A DNA stretch of 64,000 bases from NCBI GenBank assembly GCA_008632985.1, contig QPGO01000084.1:62001-126000 (forward strand). Direction: 5' to 3'. Below the pieces are notes generated by a model. The model saw nothing but the letters and a program-made list of their open reading frames with translations. It was not told where the DNA came from and made no database searches. Below, piece by piece: positions 37,552 through 50,119 of the stretch. A program made the translations under genes and the position numbers. This stretch comes from Psammoneis japonica. Its lineage: Eukaryota. Within the stretch, counting starts at the first letter, position 1. Every line of letters starts with the position of its first letter.

Positions 37552-38438
37552 TTACCGTGCGACCGCACCAGAGTGCGTGCCATTCTCCAGCTCCTTTTGA
37601 ACATCTTGAAAGTCCTCCATGCTGCTTTTAGTGGATGCAGTTTCCCAAGCAAACTGGGGAAAGTCGACCGTCGCTAGTGTACGAACTTTAAATTCGCGGT
37701 GGCTCTGCGCAGACCATTCGAGTGTTTCTTGGGGGGTTGCTTGGATGGCAGTCACTGCAACGGTGGCGTGATTTTCGCAAGACATGCGAACTTTTGTCAC
37801 GCTCTCTCCCTTGTCCAACATGGCATCTTGTGCGCGTGCTCAGAAGAGAATCTGTCCTCGATTCCAGCAACAACACGAGCGGACCTGTTTCTCAACGGGC
37901 TCTCCGCGTTGTGGTGGCGCTTCCTTTGCAGGGGCTTTGCAACAATTGTCACTGGTTGCTTGGCTTTGTAGTCGCTAATCCATCCAGACCCTTTTAGCTG
38001 TGCACGCATTTCACAGGCAATGCTGCATTGGTCGGAAAACGAACGCCCCGTAGCCTCCATGGACGATGGCAACCCTTCTGGCAGATTCACTTGGAACTTC
38101 ATCTGGTGCCTTCCCACCTGGATCCCACTGTTTGCAATGACGTTTTCGTCAAGCGGTGTGTTAATTTGGATCAATGGTCGTGTCGCTTCTGGCATGCGCA
38201 TGTGACGATCTTGTTGTTGTGTGTCGCCTGATGATTGATGTACGTCTTCGCACTCCACCTTTGCGATTTCACATCCTTCCAGCAAAGCAACACATTCTTT
38301 CGCCGACACTTCCTTGTTAATGTCAAGGTGGACACTTCCCTCCAGCATCATGGAGCCTGCTTGAAAAATGCTCGATTCTATGGAGAGAAAGAGAGACGCA
38401 AATGTGACAATTACGTGAGAAAACCGGTGCTGGAACAT
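37552..38438 (-). pseudogene. Arrestin-domain gene, degraded, copy 1
   Basis: LEGSV.LDI...G.E...FQVNLPEGLPSSM...IA.EMRAQL Arrestin_N-like pattern; frameshifted; Tyr positions changed to Cys/His. Confidence 0.6.
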
Positions 38439-39215
38439 GTCCTGAACACCATCACTTCATCGTAAAAAATGAGCTGCCAATGCGGCGAGACGAAGAGAAA
38501 CTCACTCAAGCAGATCCCGAGAGGCATGGCACTGTTTCCAAACGAGCAGATTGCAGCTGCTGTGCAGAAATGAGCATCACGCTGATTGGAGCAACATCAG
38601 CGAGGATGAAAATGTCGCAGGTTCCCAGCGAAATGAGTGTCACGCTGATTGGAACAAGTTGTCGCTGATGTTGTTCCGAACAACATCAGCGAGGATGCAA
38701 GTGTCGCAGGTTCCTCTGCTAAAGAGCGGATGGGATGCTCAGTGCTCCTGTGCTGTGAAAGATCCTGATTGATTCTTCCTGACAGATGCCGGCATTGTCA
38801 TTGCGACGACGTCGAGCGAGATCGCTCCAGCTGACAAAAAAGAATTTGAAATTCCGACGTAGAGACGAGCAGCAATTGCCCCTTGAAGAAAGCCACGTCA
38901 TGCAGTGCTGCACTGCACTTGAAGTGATGACGTGTTCAGATGCTTCCATCATCTTTTCGCTCTCTTTCGAAACAAACACGACACGACACTTCGTGACCGT
39001 GCGATGAAACCTCCCCCCCCGTCCCGTTGCTGTAAACAATGCCTGCAGCATGACTCCAGTGGCCTCTCTAGCGAATCGCATTTGCTGCGTTTGATGAGCA
39101 ACAAAGGCAATGACAGTGCTTTTACCGTTCCCACTTGGGTGATGTTCCTGTTTGGTGTGGTGGCGAGACATTTTGTTCCTCATTTTCTTTTTGATTCTTC
39201 AGATCAATCTCGTCT

Positions 39216-39878
39216 TTGCTGGCATCTATCGGGCCATGTTGGTGCTCACATTTCCCACGCATGTTTTCACACGAGCCGGTTGTGCCATCAGTCTTGCACA
39301 CAGTCTTGGCTGCTGCTCCATCTCTGCTCTGGACACGCATCGCAAAGAGCTTGGTGTCTAGCATGACACAAGTCTCATCGATTGGATGCCTTCGGAAACA
39401 CGACGCCGTGGCCAACGTCATTCGCGATCAAAAGGTGGAGGCCATGATCATTCGGGCGTTTCTGGTCTTGCGCAAGGTTCTTTGCTCTGTGGAATCCGCT
39501 ATTGAGGGACGCCAAGATGCTACAACCACTTACAAGCATGAGCCTTTTGGCGAATTTACGAGAAGTTTGTCGACCCTGACGTCCAGGGAGGTGGAACGGA
39601 CGTTCAATGCTCTCGAAGAAAACAGCGACGGGCTGTTGGAGCCCAAAGAGTTCGCATGTTTACTCAACAAACTTGGCATTCCAATCACCATGGAAATGTC
39701 CAAAAAGATTGTCCAAGAGCTTGACACAGACGGGGACGGATTTGTGAGCAAAGATGAATTCATGATCTTTTACGAGCAATGTGTCGTCCAGAATAAAACC
39801 ACGCCATTCCCAAAGGAGAAGACAGAAGCATTGTTTGAGATGTTTGATGCCGATGGCAGTGGAGAGATCACAACATAA
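39216..39878 (+). pseudogene. EF-hand protein fragment, copy 1
   Basis: ELDTDGDGFVSKDEF, and FDADGSGEITT* truncated within the loop. Confidence 0.65.
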
Positions 39879-42800
39879 GGAGACGCTCGAAACCTTTTCC
39901 TTGGGCTTGCGTGAGCGCGGTGAAGACGGCAGTGGCACCATGCACTGGACATCTACAATGAAATGGGAGTGGAGCGAATTAGAGACGGCGAGTGCACTGG
40001 AAGAAATGCAGGAGCGTTCACTTGGATGCGTCTCTTGGGTGTAACGGGATTCATACTTGCCACAGGGCGCCCAAGGTCTCAAGGCGGTGATAAAATGCAA
40101 GCTTGGGCATGATCCAGTCGAGGTGGACACGGAAGACATGGTGCAAGTTGCGCAAGAACGACCGGTCGACATGGCGACCCATTCTGCGTCGGAAACCTGT
40201 GCCGACCTTTTCTCTCTATGAAAGCATGTTTACATGTTTATCTTTTGCATTTGCACCGTCATTCCCATGGGACCCGAAGGTGTCTTGCGCGAAGGGAGTG
40301 GCACTCTGTGTGAAACATTGCTCATGGTTCAAGCCGCAAAGAAAAATGTCGTTTGTCCCAACAAGCAAGTTGACGCCTTGGCCATCTTTCACGATGGGCA
40401 ATTACTGGAAGGTGAAACGTATGTTGGTAGAAAGGTGTGCATGGTGTCTCGAGACGGGTGTCTGTCGCTCGAACGTGGTTTGCAAGTTTGACTTGAAACC
40501 GAGCGCGTTTCAAGGTTTGATTGACAGTGTTGATCGGTGCCGGTTTCTTACCTTTGCGATTGAAATGGAGGGTGGTATGGATCGGACCTAGATTTGCAAC
40601 TATGATTAGGTACCGGTAAGTTCTTGTTGTTGATTAATGTTCTGCAGTTTTAGTGTTGTACTCGCGGTTTGCTGTCGTTTCCCCCCCTGTCAGATTCGTT
40701 GTCAGATTGTCGAGCAGCTCGAGATGCTTCGTGATCGACTCAGTTGGGTGGAAAAGCCGTATGTTTCCTACGCACGCACAAAAGCCAAACGTTCTTGGTG
40801 ACCTTTTCCTACGTTTACGGTGTAAAAAGCTAATAGGCCTCTGTCAAATATCTTGTTTTGTTTTCGTGGATGATAGACTTATCGCGAAACATGCAATTGA
40901 GCAACGTAGTTACTGAAACTGATGTTGTTTGTGGTATATCATAATCCATGATTTCTATACCTAAGCGCCTTCTGAACGGAAGTATGCAATTAGGAAGCAC
41001 TTCGTGAGAAGTAGGGACGGTAGCGCCGCTTTCTAGAGTCCAATTTGTACGTGTTCGTTCTCCCTTGAATTAAACCATCAGTACAGTCGCCCTGATGCTC
41101 AAAATACCGTATTTTCCCGTCATTTAAACCACCCCACAGAGTCGCTTTCCGTCATAGCCGCCATGAGTTGTCCAATCACATTGGCAGCCAGATTACATTT
41201 TTCACATGGTGAACGCAACAACTCAACCATCATGTTTAGATTGAACTCTGGGAGCTTGACATCGAAAACAGTCATTCATTTGATGTGCTTCAAAGCACTG
41301 CACTGTGCTTGGTGGAGCAATTGAGAGATGCCATTTTGTGGCATTGTGCACCTCAGAGACTTTAAACAGCAAAGAGGTTGACCATTGAAAAGGAAAGAGG
41401 TTGACAATCAAGTGGTGATTGGGTTTGCCAATTTCTGAAAATTGTGAAAATGACAATTGTGATGCTTGGCAACCAACAGCCAGAAGAAAGAAATGCTTGA
41501 GGCAGCTTCTTTTTGCAGCTGAATGTGAACTGTCACGGCGAAAGCAAGGAGTACATAGACGGAACAGATGGGTTGATATTCCGGCTACTGCATCGACCTG
41601 ACGTATCCGTTGCCACGTCTTCCTCTTCATCGCCAGTGCGGTGTTGATGTAGCAACAAATTTCGTAGCGGAGCGAGCTTCGAAACGTGACTAGCTTCTTG
41701 GATGCCTATAGAACAATAGTTCTTGCAGATTTGTAGACCCCCGTCTGTAACTTAACATTAGGGCCCTAGGCATGAATCGATACTGCCTTTCGCAAAATGT
41801 ACTGCCCAGACAAAAGCAAGATGTAGATAGACGGAACGGATGGGTTGATATTCTGGCTAGTGCTGGATCGTCCTGACGTACCCCGTTGCCACTGCAACAG
41901 CCGCATGAAACGAATGGTAGAATACGGTAGTAGGACGCATGTATTGACGCGGTAGTCTAGCGCTCCTTCCAACACTTTGGAATGCTGTAACATATCCGTC
42001 AGAGAACTTTAGCAATTGCAAAAGAGCATTACAATACAAGATACACAAAAATCACATCAATCGTTTCTATAGTTCTACTTTCTAGATGTAGTGTAGTCTA
42101 CAATATCTGTTCGTTTCTCTCGCTCGGATCGAGTGGCGAAATCAGAAGAGTGGCAACAGACGTAGTCGCCGCACAGAAAAAGACATCGTCGTGTTTTTGC
42201 AGTCGAGACAATCGACTGCAAATGGAATACTGACTTGAAATATCCAGAGGTGGCAACAGACGTAGTCGCCACACAGAAAAAAAGACACCGTCGTGTCGTT
42301 GCAGTCGAGACAATCGACTGCAAACGCAATACCGACTTGAAAGACAACGCCGTGTAGTTGCAGTCGAGACTATCGACTACAAACGCAATACCGACTTGAA
42401 ATATCCAGAGGTGACAACAGACATAGTCACCGGAGAAATAAGAGCATTGAAAGAATGCATCATCTTGTAGTTGCAGTCGAGTCGATCAACCACAAACACA
42501 ATGCCAACTTGAGAGATCAGCAGGCCCAAGGTGGCGACAGAATGCAGACACCAAAGAACCTAAACAGGGGATTGGAAGTAGCGGCTGGCTTCTTGTCTCC
42601 CTCCGGAGTGACGTCCATGCTCTCTTGTTGATCCCTCGCCTCCCGGCGATTGGGATGTAGGGAGGCTTTGCATTATTGGGTGGCACAGCAAAGTTGAAAG
42701 TGTTGGAGCATACAGCAGCGGCCGCTTTGTCGTTGGTATCACCAAACCCGGGAGCGTTCACCGCGGCTGGAGCAGCAGTGGCCGCATTGTCGTTGGCAAC

Positions 42801-44619
42801 AGTAGTGGTGCCAAACATGGTTGAGTCAGTAGGGTCAGCCACGTCCGGGCTCCAACCAACCAAGCGGGTAGGAGTGGCTGGAGCCGAGCTAGATGGAAAC
42901 CCGGGAGAATCCGGTGAGGAAGAGCGGAGCGGTTCAATGGACCACGGGTCAGCTTCGCCTATTTGTGGCGCGAACTTGCATCCCGCCAGGAGAAAGTCGT
43001 CCCAACCTGACAGTTGGAAATAAATCGCAACAAGCCAAAAAAAACGTCTTGTAACTGTAGTCTACATTGTGCAAGATTCGACCGATGGGAAAAGTTGCGC
43101 TGTGGAACGCTCCCTTGCCCTTGATCTGCGTCATGTGAGCGGGCATGGACGGACGAGACTATTTTTGGAGGATTTGTCGCACAAAGATCTTGGAGGTTGA
43201 CAGCAATGGCAACAGAGACATTAACACTTGTCAGAGTTGTTCTCTTGAGATTGTGGCAAAAGTTCGTTGGGATTTTGAAGAAGGGCTGAATTGAAAATAC
43301 CGGTGACCATCATCATGGGGTTGTGGTCGTGTCCTGTCTGCGACCAAATGGAGTTGAATCGTGACTGTCGTAATTTGATGCGTGCGCAATTGAAAGAAAG
43401 CAGGCCCCCTGCGGAAACGGTGCCCTGTCGGTCTTGCACCCTAGCTGTCGTTGTTGTTGCTGCCATTGTTTCGCTTTGTGTCGTTGCTCAGAACATGATG
43501 GAGTCCTTGGCGACTCCAAGTCATTTACGATGACAGGGAAATGCTCGAATGCAGCAATGGAGAAGCGGGGCCGGCCACTGGCAGGTTGGTCTCCGACGAC
43601 CCTACTCGAAGGGTGGCAGCTGTCAAAACGTAGACTGTTTGCATGATTTCTTCGAGCGTGAAGACCAAGCATCTGCAAAAAAGTCCCGCTGAGTTCAAAA
43701 GGCTCTCAAACTAGACACCAGAACTAGCTTTTACCTCTCTCGGTTCGGCTGCAGCAAGCAGCCGTTATGCACTGTTATTTCAGTGCGCGCAGCATCGAAA
43801 TGGCTGCTCAATCTCATCCACGCATCCTTTGAACGGCCTGCTTTCCTTTCAACGCATTGGCGAAAGTGCGCTCCGTCACTGTCTTTTCCCAATCACTGAG
43901 TTCCGACAGAATCTTGTTCTTGTTTGTCGACAGGTCCACACAGCAGGGCAGCACCTTCTCCACCACAGTGGAGCGATTGCAATCAGATGAAACGCAAACT
44001 GCGGAAACGCAGCAGTCACATGAAAATTTGGAGGCCATTGCTTCTGCAATGCATTCGGCCACTTTTGGTTGATCAAAGTCAGAGTCGACCATTTGATTGT
44101 TTTTCCACAGTCAGCTGGCGTCATGCCATCAATGCCGTCTCCCAATCACGATCGTTTGCTCTTTTTTTGACAAGATCGTAATCATTGATAGATTCGTCCA
44201 ATTCCTTGAGCAGAAGCGCCATGGAAGGCGTTGGTGGCTCCAAGGAGGGCGGAATGACCACATCTTCTTCTTCTTTCTGCCAACCACCACTGTGCTCGTA
44301 CGGCGATCCTCCAAACACAGCAAAAGGTGATGAATGCGCAAGGGGTTCAGAAATGTTTGTGCCGTCCACAAAGCCAGCAGAAGGCTGCTGTTCGGAGGGT
44401 TGGGGGATGCGCCTGCTTGGAGGAACGGGTCCGGCTTTCACGGGGATTTCAATCTCGGGGTTGTCAATGCAACAACCTGTCTTGACAACAATCTTGATTG
44501 CGTGTCGACACGAAATGAGTTTTCCTGTAAATTTGTCATTGGCATCCTGTCAAACGTGGTTTGAAATGCGAAAACGACAAGGGCGAGCTCCACGCAGGCA
44601 ATTGCCCACAGAGAAGACA

Positions 44620-45512
44620 TCAGTCTTGCCGCACGACCGCACCAGAGCACGTGCCATTCTCCAGCTCCTTTTGAACATCTTGAAAGTCCTCCATGCTGCT
44701 TTCAGTGGATGCAGTTTCCCAAGCAAACTGGGGAAAGTCGACCGTCGCTGGTGTACGAACTTTAAATTCGCGGTGGCTCTGCGCAGACCATTCGAGTGTT
44801 TCTTGGGGGGTTGCTTGGATGGCAGTCACTGCAACGGTGGCGTGATTTTCGCAAGACATGCGAACTTTTGTCACGCTCTCTCCCTTGTCCAACATGGTGT
44901 CTTGTGCGCATGCTCAGAAGAGAATCTGTCCTCGATTCCAGCAACAACACGAGCGGACCTGTTTCTCAACGGGCTCTCCGCGTTATGGTGGCGCTTCCTT
45001 TGCAGGGGCTTTGCAACAATTGTCGCTGGTTGCTTGGCTTTGTAGTCGCCAATCCATCCAGACCCTTTTAGCTGTGCACGCATTTCACAGGCAATGCCAT
45101 GTTGGTTGGAAAACGAACGCCCCGCAGCCTCCATGGACGATGGCAACCCTTCTGGCAGATTCACTTGGAACTTCATCTGGTGCCTTCCTGCCTGGATCCT
45201 GTTGTTTACAATGACGTTTTCGTCAAGCGGCACATTAATTTGGATCAATGGTCATGTCGCTTCTGGCATGCGCGTGTGACGATCTTGTTGTTGTGTGTCG
45301 CCTGATGATTGATGCACGTCTTCGTGTTCCACCTTTGCGATTTCATGTCCTTCCAGCAAAGCAACACATTCTTTCGCCGATGCTTCCTTGTTAATGTCAA
45401 GGTAGACACTTCCCTCCAGCATCATGGAGCCTGCTTGAAAAATGCTCGATTCTATGGAGAGAAAGAGAGACGCAAATGTGACAATTGCGTGAGAAAACCG
45501 GTGCTGGAACAT
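44620..45512 (-). pseudogene. Arrestin-domain gene, degraded, copy 2
   Basis: Duplicate of 37552-38438 with independent substitutions and an extra stop. Confidence 0.6.
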
Positions 45513-46334
45513 GTCCTGAACACCATCACTTCATCGTAAAAAACAAGCCACCAATGCGGCGAGACGAAGAGAAACTCACTCAAGCAGATCCCGAGAGGCA
45601 TGGCACTGTTTCCAAACGAGCAGATTGCAGCTGCTGTGCAGAAATGAGCATCACGCTGATTGGAGCAACATCAGCGAGGATGAAAATGTCGCAGGTTCCC
45701 AGCGAAATGAGCATCACGCTGATTGGAACAAGTTGTCGCTGATGTTGTTCCGAACAACATCAGCGAGGATGCAAATATCGTAGGTTCCTCTACTAAAGAG
45801 CGGATGGGATGCTCAGTGCTCCTGCGCTGTGAAAGATCCTGATTGATTCTTCCTGATAGATGCCGGTGTTATCATTGCGACGACGTCGAGCGAGATCGCT
45901 CCAGCTGATAAAAAAGAATTTGAAATTCCGACGTAGAGACGAGCAGTAATTGCCCCTTGAAGAAAGCCACGTCATGTAGTACTGTACTGTACTTGAAGTG
46001 ATGACGTGTTCAGATGCTTCCATCATCTTTTCGCTCTCTTTCGAAACAAACACGACACGACACTTCGTGACCGTGCGATGAAACCTCCCCCCCCGTCCCG
46101 TTGCTGTTAATAATGCCTACAGTATAACTCCAGTGGCCTCTCTAGCGAATCGCATTTGCTGCGTTTGATGAGTATCAAAGGCAATGACAGTGCTTTTACC
46201 GTTCCCACTTGGGTGATATTCCTGTTTGGTGTGGTGGCGAGACATTTTGTTCCTCATTTTCTTTTTGATTCTTCAGATCAATCTCGTCTTTACTGGCATC
46301 TATCGGGCCATGTTGGTGCTTATATTTCCCATAC

Positions 46335-46952
46335 ATGTTTTCACACGAGCCGGTTGTGCTATCAGTCTTGTATACAGTCTTGGCTGCTGCTCCGTCTCTA
46401 CTCTGGACACGTATCGCAAAGAGCTTGGTGTCTAGCATAACACAAGTCTCATCGATTGGATACCTTCGGAAACACGACGCCGTGGCCAACGTCATTCGCG
46501 ATCAAAAGGTGGAGGCTATGATTATTCGGGCGTTTCTGGTCTTGCGCAAGGTTCTTTGCTCTGTGGAATCCGCTATTAAGGGACGCCAAGATGCTACAAC
46601 CACTTACAAGCATAAGCCTTTTGGCGAATTTACGAGAAGTTTGTCGACCCTGACGTCCAGGGAGGTGGAACGGACGTTTAATGCTCTCGAAGAAAACAGC
46701 GACGGGCTGTTGGAGCCCAAAGAGTTCGCATGTTTACTCAACAAACTTGGCATTCCAATCACCATGGAAATGTCCAAAAAGATTGTCCAAGAGCTTGACA
46801 TAGACGGGGACGGATTTGTGAGCAAAGATGAATTCATGATCTTTTACGAGCAATGTGTCGTCCAGAATAAAACCACGCCATTCCCAAAGGAGAAGACAGA
46901 AGTATTGTTTGAGATATTTGATGCCGATGGCAGTGGAGAGATCACAACATAA
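46335..46952 (+). pseudogene. EF-hand protein fragment, copy 2
   Basis: ELDIDGDGFVSKDEF and FDADGSGEITT*. Confidence 0.65.
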
Positions 46953-49843
46953 GGAGACGCTCGAAACCTTTTCCTTGGGCTTACGTGAGCGCGGTGAAGA
47001 CGGTAGTGGCACCATGTACTGGATATCTACAATGAAATGGGAGTGGAGCGAATTAGAGACGGCGAGTACACTGGAAGAAATGCAGGAGCGTTCACTTGGA
47101 TGCATCTCTTGGGTGTAACGGGATTCATACTTGCCACAGGGCGCCCAAGGTCTCAAGGCGGTGATAAAATACAAGCTTGGGTATGATCCAGTCGAGGTGG
47201 ACACGGAAGACATAGTGCAAGTTGCGCAAGAACGACCGGTCGACATGGCGACCTATTCTGCGTCGGAAACCTGTGCCGACCTTTTCTCTCTATGAAAGTA
47301 TGTTTACATGTTTATCTTTTGCATTTGCACCGTCATTCCCATGGGACCCGAAGGTGTCTTGCGCGAAGGGAGTGGCACTCTGTGTGAAACATTACTCATG
47401 GTTCAAGCCGTAAAGAAAAATATCGTTTGTCCCAACAAGCAAGTTGACGCCTTGGCCATCTTTCACGATGGGCAATTACTGGAAGGTGAAACGTATATTG
47501 GTAGAAAGGTGTGCATAGTGTCTCGAGACGGGTGTCTGTCGCTCGAACGTGGTTTACAAGTTTGATTTGAAACCGAGCGCGTTTCAAGGTTTGATTGACA
47601 GTGTTGATCGGTACCGGTTTCTTACCTTTGCGATTGAAATGGAGGGTGGTATGGATCGGACCTAGATTTGCAACTATGATTAGGTACCGGTAAGTTCTTG
47701 TTGTTGATTAATGTTCTGCAGTTTTAGTATTGTACTCGCGGTTTGCTGTCGTTTCCCCCCCTATCAGATTCGTTGTCAGATTGTCGAGCAGCTCGAGATG
47801 CTTCGTGATCGACTCAGTTGGGTGGAAAAGCCGTATGTTTCCTACGCACGCACAAAAGCCAAACGTTCTTGGTGACCTTTTCCTACGTTTACGGTGTAAA
47901 AAGCTAATAGGCCTCTGTCAAATATCTTGTTTTGTTTTCGTGGATGATAGACTTATCGCGAAACATGCAATTGAGCAACGTAGTTACTGAAACTGATGTT
48001 GTTTGTGGTATATCATAATCCATGATTTCTATACCTAAGCGCCTTCTGAACGGAAGTATGCAATTAGGAAGCACTTCGTGAGAAGTAGGGACGGTAGCGC
48101 CGCTTTCTAGAGTCCAATTTGTACGTGTTCGTTCTCCCTTGAATTAAACCATCAGTACAGTCGCCCTGATGCTCAAAATACCGTATTTTCCCGTCATTTA
48201 AACCACCCCACAGAGTCGCTTTCCGTCACAGCCACCATGAGTTGTCCAATCACATTGGCAGCCAGATTACATTTTTCACATGGTGAACGCAACAACTCAA
48301 CCATCATGTTTAGATTGAACTCTGGGAGCTTGACATCGAAAACAGTCATTCATTTGATGTGCTTCAAAGCACTGCACTGTGCTTGGTGGAGCAATTGAGA
48401 GATGCCATTTTGTGGCATTGTGCACCTCAGAGACTTTAAACAGCAAAGAGGTTGACCATTGAAAAGGAAAGAGGTTGACAATCAAGTGGTGATTGGGTTT
48501 GCCAATTTCTGAAAATTGTGAAAATGACAATTGTGATGCTTGGCAACCAACAGCCAGAAGAAAGAAATGCTTGAGGCAGCTTCTTTTTGCAGCTGAGTCA
48601 ACAAAGATGAGCACACACCAGGGGCTTGTGGAGAACAGGAAGTTCTTGAATGCACAAAGTGAGAAGAGAGTCAGTGCACCACTCTTGCTTGTTTTGAATC
48701 TTGGGCAACCCTCTTCAGGTGGTGCACTCATTGGTTGACATCACTTTTTGCTCTGTGCTGGCTGGTTGAGAGGTTGGTGGCATTTTCATGATTCGCAGCT
48801 TGAGGCATGTTTTGATGCATGAGCACATCATGTGCAACGCCACCTTCAGAACATGCTGCTTGCCAGATCCAGAGTCAACAGCTCTCTGTGCTCAAGCTTT
48901 GCCAGCCAGACTTTTTGTCACAATGCACCTCTTCTCCTGTCACTGTGGTTGCCTCCATCAAAGCCCAAAGTCCACACAGCCCTGGCCATCTACAAAGCAC
49001 TCCTGCAGAACTTTTCTGCCAGCTTCCCTTGCACAAAGCAGCTCTTGGCAACAGCTCCACCCACGTGCTGGGCTGCAGCAAAAGACTGTCTTCCAAGCTG
49101 CCACATGAGGTGCCCAACTTGTTGGGGTTGTGCCAAGCTCTTCACATCACAAAACAAGGTGTTTCTGGCACTGGTGATGGCAATGTGGAGCCCTTCCTGT
49201 GCAGCTTTGCAGGGGCATGGATGCCTCCAGAGTGCCAGTCCAGCCACAAGCATCATGCCATCCTTGCCAGTGCTTTGCCAGCAGGGTGCAGCGCCAAAGC
49301 TGCCTGAGGAGCCTTGGACACCAGCAGATCAATGCCAGCGCAGTGCCGCTGGCACAGAGTGCAAGCTGGCTGGACTGCCCTGCCCCACACATGGTGCCCC
49401 CCTTTTGCAACTGGCAAGTGCCAACCTGATGGACACGCTGTCATGAAAACTCCCTGAGCCAAAGCAGGAGCTGGCATGTGAGCCCCTGTTGCCCCCCAAA
49501 ATGCCACGAAGCTGCAAAATGGCACAAGCATCCTCAAGCTTGCTTGTCCGTGCCACAGGCCAATTTGTTGACACACCACTCTGCCCCCCCCCCCCCCCCC
49601 CCCCCAGCACAAGTGGGAGAGTGCACTTTGCCGTGGCTCTGGCTGGAATGACAGATGTGGCTGCACTCCACACAAACAACAATGCATGCCCTCAAAGAAC
49701 AGCCAGTTGAAGGTGCTTTCTCACACAGCTGGCTGACACTTTCCTGTGGTTGACTGTCAAAAAAGAGCAAAGGTCAAGAAGGACAGATCATCAGCTGCAG
49801 CAGAGCATGAGCTCCCCACTGTGCTGTGCCCAGCCAAGGCACT

Positions 49844-50119
49844 TGACAGGATTTGAACAGGATTTAGGTGCGCGCGAAGTATCGCGCGCTGTTTAGTTTA
49901 CCGTGCACAGTTTTGTGTGCTTTAGTTCCGCGCGTTCACGCGCGATGTAGTTTGCTTTCGAGCCACAAGGCTCACAAGAATAATAACAGTAGCCCGATTA
50001 TACCGACTTACACGTCTTTCGGCTCCTGTAACGGTCTCTGAGCGGAGACTCATCTGCTATTTAGACAGCAGTAAGGAGTTATTGTTTGAATTCTTGCCAT
50101 TTGCCTTCAATTTCTATCA
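49844..50119 (+). repeat. 5' LTR (276 bp)
   Basis: TGACAGGATT...TTTCTATCA; matches the 3' LTR with 18 transitions and no indels. Confidence 0.95.

Larger units (their letters stand above)
34455..41522. repeat. 7.07-kb tandem duplication, copy 1
   Basis: Colinear with 41529-48596 at a constant offset of 7074 bp. Confidence 0.95.
41529..48596. repeat. 7.07-kb tandem duplication, copy 2
   Basis: ORF pairs such as 34692/41766 and 40234/47308 all differ by 7074 bp; 6-bp junction ATGTGA. Confidence 0.95.
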
